Of a DNA stretch of 64,000 nucleotides, positions 62,300 to 64,000 are shown one piece after another (the stretch's first letter is position 1; every line of letters starts with the position of its first letter). The stretch comes from Octopus sinensis (taxonomy: Eukaryota), in NCBI RefSeq assembly GCF_006345805.1, contig NC_043011.1, positions 22,456,464 through 22,520,463 of the forward strand, given 5' to 3'. The position numbers and the translations under genes are program-made. Under the pieces are notes generated by a model. The model searched no databases, had not been told where the DNA came from, and saw nothing but the letters and a program-made list of their open reading frames with translations.

Positions 62300-63600
62300 G
62301 ATGTTATCTACGACAGCGTTGAATTATTTCGCTACAAGACACTTATTTCACATTCGAAGACCATAAGGGTAATTTTACACATAATCAATCCCTTCACTAG
62401 ATTTAGCAAATAAGCTAGAACAATTAAGTATGACCAACTAACACATTTTTGATGCCATTATTCCTAAATTTCAGACAGATTTTGATTTACGCTTGTGGAA
62501 TAGCACGAACGTTGTGAGTCACTAGTTTAAAACTATCCTACACGAAAACAATTTTAGATTTCACCAATTAGACATAAAAGATTATCACCGTCTGTTTCAA
62601 AAGTTTACATTTACCTGCACTGAATTTCATCAAACAAATCAACTCACATCAATCATTAAAAGATCAAAATCATTTTATACGGAAAAAAAAAAAAATTACG
62701 ATAAATCTATTAAAAAGTATACCGTAAATCCTCGAGTATAGTCCGCCCTTGAGTATAATACGCAGGGGATTCTTAGGGGGCTGTACCTCTGAAAAACCTA
62801 AACCTTGTGTATAATATGTACCCCTTCTCTAACTTGAGTCAAGGAGGTCTATATAACGTCCTTGGTTTGTAAAAATGTATATGGTTAACGTCCTTTATTA
62901 TTATTGTATATATAACATAATGCAAACGTGTAGCTTTTTTGTGCATTTTGTTTGCAGAAAATAAAGAAATAACAGTAATAACGTTTAATAAATGTTGCTA
63001 ATTGCAAGTTATGGATGATTCTTTTATGACTTCATTGCTTTCAGACTTAGCTTAAGGTATTTTCGCACTCGACATCACAAAATGCGCCTGAATAAACATT
63101 GCCGGATAGTAAATAGAGATTCAGACATTGCTTAGAAAATAATTTTCATTTTTAACCTCGTATATAGTACGCACGAGGGATTTTGACCTTTAAATTTTCG
63201 GAAAAAAATGCGGATTATACTCGAGGATTTACGGTGTTCGAATGTACTCCTTGATGTAAGTATGGAATCGAAAGATTCTAATGGAGTTAGTGATAACCCC
63301 GGTTCATGTATTCCAAATCTTTATATTCCAAATTCACACACCGAGACATACACTGAAAATCTCAACGAATCTTTTAGGGATTTAGCATATCGTATTATGG
63401 TAGAATCGAACAACAACGATGCAAATATTTTAGATGTCACATTCAGCTTAACTTTCAGCAATCATCTTATAGAAAAAAACTTTACGTAATTCCCCATTAC
63501 ATGCATAAACTCCAATTACCTGCAAATTATTATCAATACCTTCGAACAGAGACGCTACATTGACAAAGGGCAAATACCCTGAAACGCGTCTGTAGCTGTC
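62300..63600 (+). mobile_element. Penelope-like element (PLE) reverse transcriptase relic
   Basis: TYFTFEDHKGNF; LWNSTNVVSH*FKTILHENNFRFHQLDIKDY; RIMVESNNNDANILDVTFSL; CINSNYLQIII. These correspond to PLE RT motifs KDHKxNF, QWxNTxxVIxWF...FDIxDFYPS, NFLDVTFNL and NHPPxII. Confidence 0.7.
62722..63234. mobile_element. Tc1/mariner-superfamily (pogo-like) MITE inserted in the PLE relic
   Basis: 25-bp TIRs CCGTAAATCCTCGAGTATARTCCGC (1 mismatch); flanks TA and TG (mutated TA). Confidence 0.85.
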
Positions 63601-64000
63601 TGACTGGCAGTGTGAAGCGGCTGACCTCCCTTGTTCGAAGGTTATAATGGACACAGTTTGTGTGTCAAATAGCTATCTTAAGGCGATGGCCTCATGGAGC
63701 TAATCAGCGACAGCTTTTAGTCTTATATCTATAAGACTGCCATATTAATATGGCGATAACAATTAACTTCCAGTAACGCTGCCGTAATCTCTTTTAGAGA
63801 GACTTAGTAATTTTAATATTTCTATTATCATCAATACTATAGTGATAAACATCACGTGACGGCTTTCCGACCATTCATCTAATATTGATTTCAAATTTTG
63901 GTACAAGGCCAGCAATTTCAGGGGTAAGTCAATTACATCAACCCAGTACTCAACTGGTACTTATTTTATCGAGCTCCGAAAGGATGAAAGACAAAGTCGA

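Overview
AT-rich, repeat-dense animal genomic DNA, most likely octopus (inferred from the SINE/RTE/MITE families and microsatellite load; not checked against a database). Bases 4500-41378 (+) hold the last 18 coding exons of a dipeptidyl peptidase 8/9 gene (about 678 aa visible). All introns are GT-AG and the phases join up. The EE motif (QEEFDR) and the catalytic triad (GWSYGG, DENVHF, ERH) are intact, and the N-terminal exons lie upstream of the window. The introns and the 20 kb downstream contain tRNA-derived SINEs, 5'-truncated RTE LINEs, piggyBac-, hAT- and mariner-type MITEs, decayed Tc1/mariner transposases, a Gypsy LTR/integrase relic, an L1/Tx1 relic and a Penelope-like RT relic. The most unusual signal is a set of head-to-head foldback elements. 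One carries minimal type I hammerhead ribozyme motifs joined to a tRNA-like head (6449-6880), and an older relative has decayed hammerheads (21660-21995). There is also a separate decayed hammerhead (51150-51184), a 1.5 kb palindrome (58840-60440), and an RTE copy sitting on the axis of another palindrome (26196-27457). TE coordinates were read by eye and are approximate to a few tens of bases unless TIR/TSD positions are given.
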